From positions 1 to 55,946 of the forward strand of contig LT649259.1 in NCBI GenBank assembly GCA_900128395.1: a stretch of DNA of 55,946 nucleotides, in the 5' to 3' direction. Within the stretch, counting starts at the first letter, position 1, and the number at the start of each line of letters is the position of its first letter. Source of the stretch: Stramenopiles sp. TOSAG23-2. Taxonomy: Eukaryota. The position numbers and the translations under genes are program-made. Of this stretch, positions 32,989 to 44,211 are shown piece after piece. Below the pieces are notes generated by a model. It did no database searches and had not been told where the DNA came from. It saw only the letters and a list, made by a program, of their open reading frames with translations.

Positions 32989-35649
32989 ATGAAGCGGACG
33001 CCACCATCGCCTGCAAAATATTCACCATCTTTTCGTGCTGGAATTTCACCTAATAATGCACCGTTAAAAAGGCATGATAACCGTATATCACCTGCAACGG
33101 CTGGTATGAAATCTCGTGGTCCATCATGTCCAATTGAATCACATATGGCATTCCGTGGAAGTGCAAGTACATCAAGAAATCCAAATCGATCAGCCAGATT
33201 ATCCTCTAATCAAAAAGGCTTTTTAAGTGCTTTAGGTGGTGGTGTTAAAAAAAAAAATAATAATAATAGTAACAACAACAATAATAAAAAAAAAACATCC
33301 ATGGAACCACCGAAAATGCCATTAAGACGCCGTGTACGTATTAATTCAAGACCAAAAGGTAAAAATACTACAGCGACTGCAAATAGACCCATAAAAGCAT
33401 TGCCTGTCAATAACAATAATATTACCAGCGATAGTATGGTAATCGATAATGATAATGATATTACTACTGATAAAATTGCACAAAGCAAAGCTCGTGCTAC
33501 CTCGCCAATATTAGTTACAACTAATAATAACAATATGATGTCCTCCTCTGATAAAGTTCAAGCTGCGATGGCTACTTTGGATCAAAGCAGTTCGGCAAGA
33601 GGACCACAACGGCGGCGACCTACTCCAAAATGGACAAAGGAAGAGGATCGGAGGTTGAAAGAAGCTGTTAAAAATTTTGGACCAAAAAAGTGGAAAAAAA
33701 TAGCAGAATATATAGGCAATGATCGAACAGATACACAAGCTTTACATCGTTGGAATAAAGTTTTAAAACCTGGTTTAGTGAAAGGCCCGTGGACACCAGT
33801 GGAGGATAAGATAGTAGAAGATTTTGTAAATATGCATGGTATCGACAATGTGGTATGGTCTGAATTAGCTGAACATTTAGACGGGAGGTCAGGGAAGCAA
33901 TGTAGAGAAAGGTATTTTAATCATTTGGACCCATCAATTAAAAAAGGGAATTGGACGGAGGATGAAGACCGAATTATTTTTGAAGGGGAACGACGTATCG
34001 GTCATAAATGGAGTGAAATAGCAAAATTATTGCCTGGAAGGACTGAAAATGCAGTGAAAAATAGATGGTATTCTTCCGCTCGTAAAAAATGGTACGAAGT
34101 CCATCAGATGGACCCGCATAAAATTTCACCAAAACCATCGAGTGGATTGAAAAATAATCAATTTTCCACGCAAAACAGCGACAGTGATGATAATACTAGT
34201 GATATAAGTAGTACTGGTTCAAAAGATGGGGAGCGAAAGAAAAATATAAATCAATATTCATCAAAGCAACGACAAACAAAGCAACAACAGTCGCAACAGC
34301 AACAACAACGTTTACAACAACAGCAACAACAAGGGATGAAAAAAGAACAGCAATTGAAACAGCAGCAACAACAAATGAATCCAATGGCGTTTCAAGCTAT
34401 GATGATGCAAGCATGGATGGGGCAAATGATGGCTGCGCAAGCTATGCAACAAAAGAAAAATGGTGACAATAAAAATAGTAGCCAAGGAAATAACAAAGCT
34501 AGTAGTAACAACAATGGCAACAAGAATAATCAAAGTAGTAATAATACAAATAAAAACAACAAAAATGGCACGATAAAGTCACCAATGAATCCAAATATGA
34601 TGAATCCAATGATGATGATGATGATGCAACAACAACGTATGATGCAAATGCAACAAGCTCAACAACGACAGCAGCAGCAGCAACAACAAGGTGGTGGGAA
34701 AAAAAATGGAAATCCATCAAGTAATACAAATCGAACTAAGCAACGTTTATTAGTACCTGCCGGAATGCCCAAAATGCCTTTTTTCCCAATGATGCCAAAT
34801 CCAAATATGATGAATAAAAATATTAAACCAAATACGCAAAGTGGAAACAACCGTAATAAAACGGCGGCAGTGCAAAAAGTTAAAAAAGGTAATAATAACA
34901 AGAATAATAACAACAACAACAATGCTAATAACAATAATAATAAAGGCAAGAAACCAAAAGCAAGACGTAGAAAAGGTAAACCAAAATTAGGTTTACCAAA
35001 AAACATGGGTCAAATGCGTATTCCAAGTCCAATACAAAGTCCAACTAAATATGGTGATATGATGGACATTTTTGGAGATGGAGAAATGGATATGGATACA
35101 TATGCATTGATGAATGAGAAATTGATATCACCAACTGGACATAATTATAATAATAAACCAAAATCATCGACAGATTTATTTGGTGGAACGGATGATGGTT
35201 TTATGGATGATATAGCTTCTTTAAACCTTGAGAATGAACAGTTTTCGAAAATAGAAGATAATTTTGAATTAGCAGATGACTTTATTCAAAATCAAGGTGG
35301 TAATTTTTCTGACATGCAACAACAACCTGGTTCAAAAGAATTTTTAGAAGAAAATGAAAACAATAGCTTTTCATTACTGGATGAGTTTGATTCATTGGAT
35401 ATGGACGCTGCACTTGAGTTAGATGCGCAACCAAGAAAAGCTGGAAATAGCTTACGTAAACCAAAGCTAAAAATCGGGACTAGTGGTTCCAATCGTGTTC
35501 CAAGGCATAATGCTCAAACCGCAAATGCTTTTAATATACCAGATGAAGCTTCTCCATGGACTCAAAGTGCAAATTGGATTATGAAAAATAATGATGGTGA
35601 AGATGGAGATTTATCAAGCATTAGTGATTTTGGAGGCTCGGATCGATAG
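32989..35649 (+). CDS. Three-repeat (R1R2R3) MYB transcription factor with a Gln/Asn/Met-rich C-terminus
   Basis: WTKEED..WKKIA..HRW, KGPWTPVED..WSELA..GRSGKQCRERYFNHLDP, WTEDED..WSEIAKLLPGRTENAVKNRW. The first ATG is at 32989. Confidence 0.93.
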   Translation: MKRTPPSPAKYSPSFRAGISPNNAPLKRHDNRISPATAGMKSRGPSCPIESHMAFRGSASTSRNPNRSARLSSNQKGFLSALGGGVKKKNNNNSNNNNNKKKTSMEPPKMPLRRRVRINSRPKGKNTTATANRPIKALPVNNNNITSDSMVIDNDNDITTDKIAQSKARATSPILVTTNNNNMMSSSDKVQAAMATLDQSSSARGPQRRRPTPKWTKEEDRRLKEAVKNFGPKKWKKIAEYIGNDRTDTQALHRWNKVLKPGLVKGPWTPVEDKIVEDFVNMHGIDNVVWSELAEHLDGRSGKQCRERYFNHLDPSIKKGNWTEDEDRIIFEGERRIGHKWSEIAKLLPGRTENAVKNRWYSSARKKWYEVHQMDPHKISPKPSSGLKNNQFSTQNSDSDDNTSDISSTGSKDGERKKNINQYSSKQRQTKQQQSQQQQQRLQQQQQQGMKKEQQLKQQQQQMNPMAFQAMMMQAWMGQMMAAQAMQQKKNGDNKNSSQGNNKASSNNNGNKNNQSSNNTNKNNKNGTIKSPMNPNMMNPMMMMMMQQQRMMQMQQAQQRQQQQQQQGGGKKNGNPSSNTNRTKQRLLVPAGMPKMPFFPMMPNPNMMNKNIKPNTQSGNNRNKTAAVQKVKKGNNNKNNNNNNNANNNNNKGKKPKARRRKGKPKLGLPKNMGQMRIPSPIQSPTKYGDMMDIFGDGEMDMDTYALMNEKLISPTGHNYNNKPKSSTDLFGGTDDGFMDDIASLNLENEQFSKIEDNFELADDFIQNQGGNFSDMQQQPGSKEFLEENENNSFSLLDEFDSLDMDAALELDAQPRKAGNSLRKPKLKIGTSGSNRVPRHNAQTANAFNIPDEASPWTQSANWIMKNNDGEDGDLSSISDFGGSDR

Positions 35650-36080
35650 ATTAAAAAGTGTGTGTGTGTTTGCGTGATAATATGATGATGTGTGTGTGTG
35701 TATTTTAAAAATTGGACGGGAAGTAAATGGAAGTTTTCAAGCACATATAATATTATTAAAAAAAACGATCAAGTCAAAACTGTTTAAATCTCTCTTGACT
35801 CATCAAACACTACGAGTATTTTTTTATTTTAATTTCTAGTTTCTAGTACGTATATAGGAATTGTCATGTGGGTAGAAAAAATAAAAAAATTTAAAATTAC
35901 GCGTTACACTTTTTTTAATTTATTATACTCGTAAAATTTATAAAATATGATATCAAACTTAACATACCGAAGGTCGTAAAAAGAATTTCAAAAATAAATA
36001 CACACACATCTTTTTGTTTAAACTTGTGCGATTACAAGTTTTACAAAACAACATCTCTTCTTTTCAGTACCTTCACTCTC

Positions 36081-37487
36081 TCATTCGTATCGTATTGCCA
36101 CACCAGTAAAACAACAGCAACATTGAAAACATTCTCGTATAAATACGTATATGAACGATATGCTATTTAAAAATGATTGTAAAAAATAACCAAGGCCTAT
36201 TCCAAACGATAAATTATTCAAATTTGGGAAAAGTAATGGAAGTAATAATATGAAGCTTTCATATTTAGCAGGTAACAAACCAGGATACTTTAATTGTTGT
36301 GATAATCTTGCAAGAAAAAATATTATCCAAACAAGGACGGTTTTTAACATATGCATTATACTGAAATATTGTATTTGTTCACGTAAATACAATAATCTCA
36401 AATTTACAAATGAAATCGAATCATTGTTACTACTACTACTACTATTAACTATTATTAAATTAGATATTCTTAATCTAAAATCTAATGTCAATTCAGGGAA
36501 AATGATCAACAATGAAGTAAAAAATTTTAGCATCGAAAACATTGATGCATTCCATGCTATATATAACATCCATATTGATAGAATTAAATACGACGCGTTT
36601 GCCTTTCGTCTATTTTTACGCCTAGTAGCTGCAAAAAGAACGATGATTAAAATTAAACATAATAATCGAAAAATCGGATGCAATCGATGCATTGATAATA
36701 TACTATATGTCAATCCCAAAAAGAACAACAACATTGATCCAATCGACCATATGGAAAATAAATAATTATAGGTCAACTTATGTTCCATCTCACGCACTGC
36801 GCATATGACAAATAAATCAGCAACACAAAGAAAATCATTTCCTAAATTCAAATCTATGTAACCGCTACGATGTATTAATTGATGAGAACATTCTGCCATT
36901 ACGCTAGCTTTACCAAATCGTTCCGATCTTTGTTGTATGTTCATTTTTAAAAATAAAGCAGCTGTTTCATGCCACTCTGGCTGTATTGGGGCACCAATTG
37001 TTGCAATAAATAACGACGAGACACCAGCCATAAAATCTTTATTACTAATCAATTTATTTATAACAATAGATTCAACTTGTGGAAAATTTAATGAAAGGTG
37101 ATCAATACCATCTATTTTCCTTAGCTCGAATAATATTGCTCTAGTGATCCGTTTTGTATTTAATTTTTTTGTTAAGTTTCTTTTTCTATATGTTGGCATT
37201 CGCATCCACCAATTTCTGGTTTCTTTTTTTGATTGGTAACCAAGAACAGTATCTTGCGCGTAAAGGTCTGCTAGTGGCATGGGAGATAATGGTGTTGGCG
37301 GTGACGTTGTTGTTGTAGTTGTTGCTGTTAATGCCGAGGATGATGTTGATGGTAAAGATGACGCGTTGATATTATTATTCTGTACATGATTGCTATTATT
37401 TGTTGTTAACGGTGGTGGTGAAGGTGGTGGTGGTGGAGATGAATGTTTCGATGATGACAATGGTAGTTTTTGTCTTTGTCGTCTCAT
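36081..37487 (-). CDS. Multi-pass membrane protein of unknown function with a Pro/Ser/Thr-rich N-terminus
   Basis: 468-aa ORF with several hydrophobic segments in the C-terminal half. Confidence 0.7.
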   Translation of the reverse strand: MRRQRQKLPLSSSKHSSPPPPPSPPPLTTNNSNHVQNNNINASSLPSTSSSALTATTTTTTSPPTPLSPMPLADLYAQDTVLGYQSKKETRNWWMRMPTYRKRNLTKKLNTKRITRAILFELRKIDGIDHLSLNFPQVESIVINKLISNKDFMAGVSSLFIATIGAPIQPEWHETAALFLKMNIQQRSERFGKASVMAECSHQLIHRSGYIDLNLGNDFLCVADLFVICAVREMEHKLTYNYLFSIWSIGSMLLFFLGLTYSILSMHRLHPIFRLLCLILIIVLFAATRRKNRRKANASYLILSIWMLYIAWNASMFSMLKFFTSLLIIFPELTLDFRLRISNLIIVNSSSSSNNDSISFVNLRLLYLREQIQYFSIMHMLKTVLVWIIFFLARLSQQLKYPGLLPAKYESFILLLPLLFPNLNNLSFGIGLGYFLQSFLNSISFIYVFIRECFQCCCCFTGVAIRYE

Positions 37488-37811
37488 ATAACTGATTGGA
37501 CGTCGCTGTAAGATGGATAAGAGTTTTATACAATGTTTATACTATATGAGATTGTTTGTTTTGTTGATTCCATCATATGTGATGTGTGTTCGATACATCA
37601 GAAATGTGTTCATAAACTATATTAATTATTGTAAAGGTGTATTAATTATTTACTAAATTTTACAAGTATTAATACATCATTTTACACACTACATACACAC
37701 CAAAAATCCAAAAATAGCCAATAGTTATTTTGATGAATAAACTAAGAATATCCGATTTTTTGTAATATCCAATACCTCTCTATCAAATATACATAAATTA
37801 GTATACTCAAT

Positions 37812-37869
37812 TAGTACTTAAATTAACTGCCGTTTTGAAATCCACTAATAATCCTTCTCATTTACAAGG
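37812..37869 (-). repeat. ~60-bp dispersed repeat, homologous to 54272-54335
   Basis: The reverse complement reads CCTTGTAAATGAGAAGGATTATTAGTGGATTTCAAAACGG...TAAGTACTA. Confidence 0.75.
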
Positions 37870-38489
37870 CAGTTGCAATCACAGGAATGATAAAAAAATG
37901 CCAGAAATATTATAGAGAATTAGAATGGGCATACCAAAGGGGCAAAACAAAAAAGCGTTCAAATAGGAGCATAAGGATATAGGAGTATGAAAATCACGTA
38001 CTTAAACTATCATCCATCGACCATGACAGTAAACACACAAGAAAAATAAAAAATTGTTTCAAGCGTCATCTGGATAAATCAGGATTTGCCACAAATATAA
38101 CAACAAACTACGAGACTATTTACATGTATCCTACATGTATTAATAATAATTCAGCAAGGATATTTGATAATATCCGGTATTATATCTTAATCTGGATATT
38201 AATGCTACCTGGTATTAATAATAGGGAATGACATTTACTACTATATACTACTAAAACCACGTAATACCCTATTAGGAGAATATACTCGTATTTGCATCTT
38301 GGTTTTTTATGGTTGAAGTAGTGATGTTTTCACCACAGAAAATTAATTTACAACGATACAGCATTGAAAATAATATAAATAATATTATTATATATCCTTA
38401 CTGAACATAATAATAATAGAAATATATATACTACACATACATTATATATAACATATATAATATAATGAATGCATAGGCTCATATTGCAT

Positions 38490-38521
<32 letters not shown>

Positions 38522-38584
38522 TATACATTATATATCATTTAGTAACGAAAGACAAATTAAACTTGTAATCTATTTTGCGTCATT

Positions 38585-39913
38585 ATGAGCATGAATGATA
38601 ATAGTGTTGACAAAAAACAAGATGTTAATAGATGGAGTACAAATAATAATGATTCATCTACTACTTCAACAACTAAAGTAACAAAGAAGAAAAATAGTAT
38701 TATCAACGACGATAATTATGATAGCGGTATGATCAAGACTTTCAACAATGATGGTAATTTTGATCAAGGGGCATTTAACAACGCTATGTCAATGCATGCG
38801 ATGCAAATGCAACAACAACAACAACAACAACAATATGCGGCATGGGCATTAGCACAACAACAAATCCAAGCGGCACAATTTAGCTCAGCACCTCTTAGTC
38901 CAAATGCAAATGTATTTACTCAACAAATGCAAGGCGGATATTCGCCACCTCGACATTATTACAATGGCAACAGTGGCATCTTGGATCCACAACAAGTAAA
39001 AATGGCAGGCTTGACAAATATGTACGGCAATATGAATATGTCCCGACAAGAAACTCTGAATCAAGGTGTACGAGCAGGTATTGCCATCGCAAATGTTTTT
39101 GCAGCTAGTCAACAGCAACAACAACAATCGATGGGTCCTCACTCACCACATCATCATCAACAGTCGTTTCATCAACCAGTATATCCATTGCCAGGAAATC
39201 CAGGTCCGCCGATACAGACTGGGGCAAAAGCAGCTGGTCCGAAAAATTGCAATTTATTCATCTTTCATTTACCCAATGAATGTACGAACCAACAGTTGTA
39301 TGATTTGTTCCGCCCATATGGTAATATTATAAGTGTTAGGATAATGATTAATAATGCAACTGGTCGTAGTCGAGGTTTTGGATTTGTTAGTTATGAAGAT
39401 CAAAACGCTGCAGATACTGCTATCAGACAAATGAATGGAGTGGCATTAGGAGGGAAAAAATTAAAAGTGCAACTAAAAGCCGATAAACGTGCTAATAATC
39501 GTAACCACCGTAATAGCCATCACGGTAACCACAACAACAGAAAACCTTTCCATCATAAAAGAAATAATAGTAGGGGAGGTAAAAGTAATAATCAACGAGC
39601 ATCCAATAATAAAAATAGCAAAAGTCAACAACAAGGCAACAATGATGACAAGCGAGAAAAAGGCCAACAAAATATGAATTACCGCCAACAACAAGAACAA
39701 CAAAATACTGCATTAATAGAAGATGAATTAAACAAAAAAATTGACGATGAAGCAAAGTTTGTTAGAGATGTTGGTATACATACTGACAAAAATATTGATG
39801 TAGTAGAAGATGAAGATCAAGCAAAAAGTATTGATAGTGCAGCAACAACTACAACAACAGAAGATGATGAAGATGTCAATGTTAGAATCAAATTTGTACA
39901 AGAAGTAAAATAA
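38585..39913 (+). CDS. Single-RRM RNA-binding protein, CELF/Bruno RRM3-like, with Gln/Asn-rich flanks
   Basis: GPKNCNLFIFHLP (RNP2), SRGFGFVSY (RNP1), MNGVALGGKKLKVQLK. Confidence 0.9.
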   Translation: MSMNDNSVDKKQDVNRWSTNNNDSSTTSTTKVTKKKNSIINDDNYDSGMIKTFNNDGNFDQGAFNNAMSMHAMQMQQQQQQQQYAAWALAQQQIQAAQFSSAPLSPNANVFTQQMQGGYSPPRHYYNGNSGILDPQQVKMAGLTNMYGNMNMSRQETLNQGVRAGIAIANVFAASQQQQQQSMGPHSPHHHQQSFHQPVYPLPGNPGPPIQTGAKAAGPKNCNLFIFHLPNECTNQQLYDLFRPYGNIISVRIMINNATGRSRGFGFVSYEDQNAADTAIRQMNGVALGGKKLKVQLKADKRANNRNHRNSHHGNHNNRKPFHHKRNNSRGGKSNNQRASNNKNSKSQQQGNNDDKREKGQQNMNYRQQQEQQNTALIEDELNKKIDDEAKFVRDVGIHTDKNIDVVEDEDQAKSIDSAATTTTTEDDEDVNVRIKFVQEVK

Positions 39914-40126
39914 AGAAAATGTACACACAGCAGTGTCGTACATAAAAGTAAAAAATATATACGCAGAAAAAAGAAAACACAAATGGTATACATAGTATTT
40001 AGAAAAAATAAAACAAGATAAAAAAACCAAAAGAAAAAAAAAGAGAGAGAGTGAGGAGAAGAGAGAGTGTTTACAAATTTTTTGGAATAATGGAATAATT
40101 ATTTATGTGAATTAAAGGCCCTCCAG

Positions 40127-40471
40127 CCCTCTAAACCGTGTCAAAAATGTACAAACCGTGCAAAAAATGTACACTTCATAAAATAACAAAATAACACCAT
40201 TCACTATGGGAAATAGGTATATATCGTTTTCTAAAATACCAATTTTATTTTTCATATATTTGGAAAAATTAGCAAATATCCGAAAATATAGAAAAAAATA
40301 TGAATATTTTATATATCGTTTTCTAAAATACCAATTTTATTTTTCATATATTTGGAAAAAATAGCAAATATCCGAAAATATAGAAAAAAATATGAATATT
40401 TCCCCCATAGTGAATAGTGTTAAGTGTACATTTTTTGCACGGTTTGTACATTTTTGACACGGTTTAGAGGG
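40127..40471. mobile_element. MITE with 50-bp perfect terminal inverted repeats
   Basis: CCCTCTAAACCGTGTCAAAAATGTACAAACCGTGCAAAAAATGTACACTT starts at 40127 and its reverse complement ends at 40471. There is an inner IR (AACACCATTCACTATGGG / CCCATAGTGAATAGTGTT) and an internal 92-bp duplication at 40218-40401. No ORF. Confidence 0.9.
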
Positions 40472-41718
40472 TAGCACTGCGCTGCTACTGTATCGAAATT
40501 AGCTATGAATCGAACACACATATACCATCCCCGTTTCGTGTACCCAGCAAAGGAGCAATGCTATTGGAATATCTAGTTCCCAGTATTTTGCCATCGAAAG
40601 AATGCCCTTTTAAAAAGAATACAATGTTATTTACAATTGAATTTGAGAACTTTGTGCCCAAAGGATTTTTCGATCGTTTAAACGTAGTAATGTTGGAATG
40701 TGAGCTAGAAATGAAATTAAAGAAAAGTGGGAAAAAACGAAGCATATTAGAAGATGCAAAAGTACAGGATCGACAACTTAATGATTTGATATATATATAT
40801 AATGACAATATTGGAAAGAAGCAAGGAGACAATATGGTAGATCAAGTTAAAGTTTTCAAAAATTGGTCTATTATTGATTTTGGTTTAGGACAAACATTTG
40901 GAGTTTTGAAAGGACAACAATGCATTCACATCGTTAGTATTGCAGGCACTGGAAGCAATGCTTTGGAAGTAATTCAACTAAAAATTACAAGAATGATTGT
41001 ACGGTTAAACATTGACTTTTATAATGGCAAACTAGATGGAAATAGCATTACCATCGGAGGAAAAGGCGCCATTGACGATATAGTGTGTATTGAGAATGGT
41101 TCCGTCAATTTATATGAACTGCACGACCCAGAAAAATACCCAAACGAGGGAGAGGAACAGTTGAAATTAGAACAATCCGTCACCAGAATTGAAGATAGCC
41201 AAAAGATAATTTTCAATAAATTGGACAACATGACCAACCTATTGCTTACCTTGCACTCCAAAGAATTCCCACGATGGGTCTTATTAATTCCAGACGAATA
41301 CCCGGAAGAAGGTTCTGGTTGGTTTGATAAAATGAACAATTTATTTTCAAAGAAAAAGAAAGACATCCTGCAAAAATTAGGAATGATAAATTGTTGGCGT
41401 TTGATAGTTCTTGATGAAGGACCAATGCTTGAAAAATTTAAAGGCACGCCTGCTTCTCAATTTGTTCATAAAGGCATTAAAATTGAGACAGCTGGTGAAA
41501 ATTTAAAAAAAATTGTCCCAGCATTAAAATGTTTTTCAACGTTGATAAAAATTGGAACAACAGTTACAGGATTCCCGATAAACCTTCAAGAGATGTTTAA
41601 ATCATTAACAAATATAGATACGGGAAATTTATGTGACTTTTATAGCAGACTGGAAATTGATAATGAAGATAAATTGGATATCAATGAAGATGAAAACGGG
41701 TATAAAAAGACAAAGTGA
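40472..41718 (+). pseudogene. 5'-truncated Roco-family fragment (end of COR domain plus C-terminal domain)
   Basis: EYLVPSILP...FENFVPKGFFDRL resembles COR-B. FPRWVLLIPD...WRLIVLDEG...HKGIKI..LKKIVPALK resembles the C-terminal domain of algal/stramenopile Roco proteins. The frame is open back to the MITE TIR, and no ROC GTPase or LRRs are present. Confidence 0.55.
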
Positions 41719-41957
41719 AAAAGAGAGAGAGAATACAGATTTTTATTTACGACGACGAGTCTAGGTTTTTTTAAACTCTTTATATTAATTATATATTAAT
41801 TTAAAATACGAGTAAATTAATATAATTTAATTTTACGATATGCTAAAATATACTCTTAGATTATCTTTGCCTTAATACGGCACCTTTTTAGGGTGATATC
41901 GTAATATAATATATATAATATATATAATATATATATAATTTTCTCTTACTCATATAT

Positions 41958-42150
41958 TTAATTAATGCATAACTTATTTTTTAATTTACTCATGATAATT
42001 TCCTACTCTCCAGAAAGAATACAATAACTGAGACAAATCTATCTCACTAAACTGAAAGATGGACAATGAATCGCAACATTGCGATAGAGTTCATTGAAAT
42101 CCACAGGAGTGTGCCAATATTTTTAAGATATAAAAACATTTGGTGGAGGT
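41958..42150 (+). repeat. Dispersed 3'-flank repeat, copy A
   Basis: GCATAACTTATTTTTTAATTTACTCATGATAATTTCCTACTCTCCAGAAAGAATACAATAACTGAGACAAATCTATCTCAC...GAGGTAAATAGATG. Confidence 0.8.
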
Positions 42151-42626
42151 AAATAGATGCAATTAACGCATTATATGCATCAATTGAAAACCGTGTATTG
42201 TTCTAAGGTGTGTGATACATCGTACCGTGGTAGAGTATATCATGATCCTTCTTGCATATACAGTTTAAAGTGCAATGAATATGACTCGCATCAGAGTCAG
42301 TAATCGGCACAAGGTTGTGTAAAGATATTATATATATATAAATTTTTTTTACTCCCGGACATTTAACATCTCACATCTCAAATCAAAAATGATTTAACAT
42401 ATATAATATGTACGTTGGTACGTTCGTATTATTTCTCTTACTCACATGTATACTATATAAATTTCTTTTACTCCCACATATATATCGTATTTCTCTTTTA
42501 ATACTCATATATTATATACTTCGTATATAAATTTCTTTTACTCCCGGAAGTTAACATCTGAAATCAAAAATGATTTATAAATACTCATTTATACATATAT
42601 ATATAATATATAGTATACTCTCTGTT

Positions 42627-43781
42627 CTACTTTTTCTTCCTCTTAATAATTTCATTATTATCATTCGCTGCTTCAAGAAATGTGATTGGTGTATCCCATA
42701 ATAATTCCCATATATCATGGCATTTATCAATATTTTTACAGACTTTTTCTTTTAATATAGGTGCAGCGCCTGGCCATCGTTTTTCAATATCGTATTGTTC
42801 AGAATTGCATTTTTTTTTCAATCCTGCAGCTACTTCGTAATAATTATGTGCATCGATTCTACGTCCTGCCATACTGATAGTTGGTGTATCTAAATTTAAC
42901 GTTTGGTGCCACCAATGTGCTGGGTAATAGATAATTTCACCTGGTTTTACAATTGTATCGGTACAATCAATTGTTTTTAAATGTGGGTATATGTTTAAAT
43001 CAATCGTTTCTGGATGAAAAAGGTCATGTAATCCTGCTCGGCCAAATTTTAAACCTTCTTTCGGTGAACATACCATCCAACGTTTTCTACCGACAAATTG
43101 TGTTACATACGTAGCAGTTTCAAATCCATCCGCATGCAAAAACATACTACTATTTTTTTCCCCAATCACTATAATACGCCAATGTGCATGGCGAAAAAAA
43201 TTATTTAATGGCCAATCATGATCGTCTTGTTTATCTGGGAAACATTTTTTCATCCAAACTTCATCCACTTTCATAAATTTTGGAAGTGGTTGAAACATTT
43301 CTTCAATTTTTTTATATTCCGGTAAAGTCATTCTCCAATGAATATATTGTGAATGCTTATATCGTTCCTCAAATGGTATGGATGGATCTCCATATTTTTC
43401 TTGTTCTTCATGTTTATCAATAAATCCTTGCATAACCGTTTCCATTGCTTGTAAATATGGTTTATCCTTTGGATTTGCTAAATTACGTGGATAATGATCA
43501 ACAATAGTATTTGGATAATTCTTGATGAAAAAATTTAAATCTTGAAATTTATTTAAAGATTCCCAGGTTTCCATAGCACCAGTTAATACAAATGGTTGCG
43601 CACCAGTCATTAAATATGGATCTGCTTCCAATTCTTCCAATGTAATTCGCCTCAATTCTTTTGAATTGGAAGATGATACCACCCAAAACATCAATATCGA
43701 ACATATTAAGAGATATAGTATTTTTAAATTATTATTATTATTATTATTATTACATTTATTATTATTACATTTATGATACAT
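42627..43781 (-). CDS. JmjC/cupin-like domain protein with an N-terminal signal anchor (JMJD6/JMJD8-like)
   Basis: PFVLTGAMETW, IGEKNSSMFLHAD (HxD), GRKRW, PGEIIYYPAHWWHQTLNL. Confidence 0.88.
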   Translation of the reverse strand: MYHKCNNNKCNNNNNNNNLKILYLLICSILMFWVVSSSNSKELRRITLEELEADPYLMTGAQPFVLTGAMETWESLNKFQDLNFFIKNYPNTIVDHYPRNLANPKDKPYLQAMETVMQGFIDKHEEQEKYGDPSIPFEERYKHSQYIHWRMTLPEYKKIEEMFQPLPKFMKVDEVWMKKCFPDKQDDHDWPLNNFFRHAHWRIIVIGEKNSSMFLHADGFETATYVTQFVGRKRWMVCSPKEGLKFGRAGLHDLFHPETIDLNIYPHLKTIDCTDTIVKPGEIIYYPAHWWHQTLNLDTPTISMAGRRIDAHNYYEVAAGLKKKCNSEQYDIEKRWPGAAPILKEKVCKNIDKCHDIWELLWDTPITFLEAANDNNEIIKRKKK

Positions 43782-44211
43782 TTTTTAATTTATTTTTATT
43801 TTTTTAAATTTGTTTTTTTTTTTTGTACCAGCAAGTGTTCTTTGTCAAATATTTTAATTACGTATATATATATATCAATGGTAATTATACATTCAAATAT
43901 ACTATAAAGAATAATATCCTTTTTCTTTGAAATATGAATATACTGTGATGATAAATACGTATTATTTATATTTTATTATTTAATAATATAATAATAATAA
44001 CAAAACATATAAAGTTTATAAGTTGTGTTCTTCTGTGTCCAATGCAAAAAAATATATTATTGTGCAAACAAGGATATCTTAATTACTACCAAATCAGTAG
44101 TATATAAAACAAATGAAACAAAACAAGCAATTATAAATATTTACATATTTATAAATAAATATTTCAAAGATACCAAACGATAAGTAGAAAGTAACAACAA
44201 CAACAACAACA

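Noticed and set aside
5663-35744. Many short antisense or overlapping ORFs inside the long genes
   Set aside because: They are shadow frames of low-complexity coding sequence with no independent motifs.
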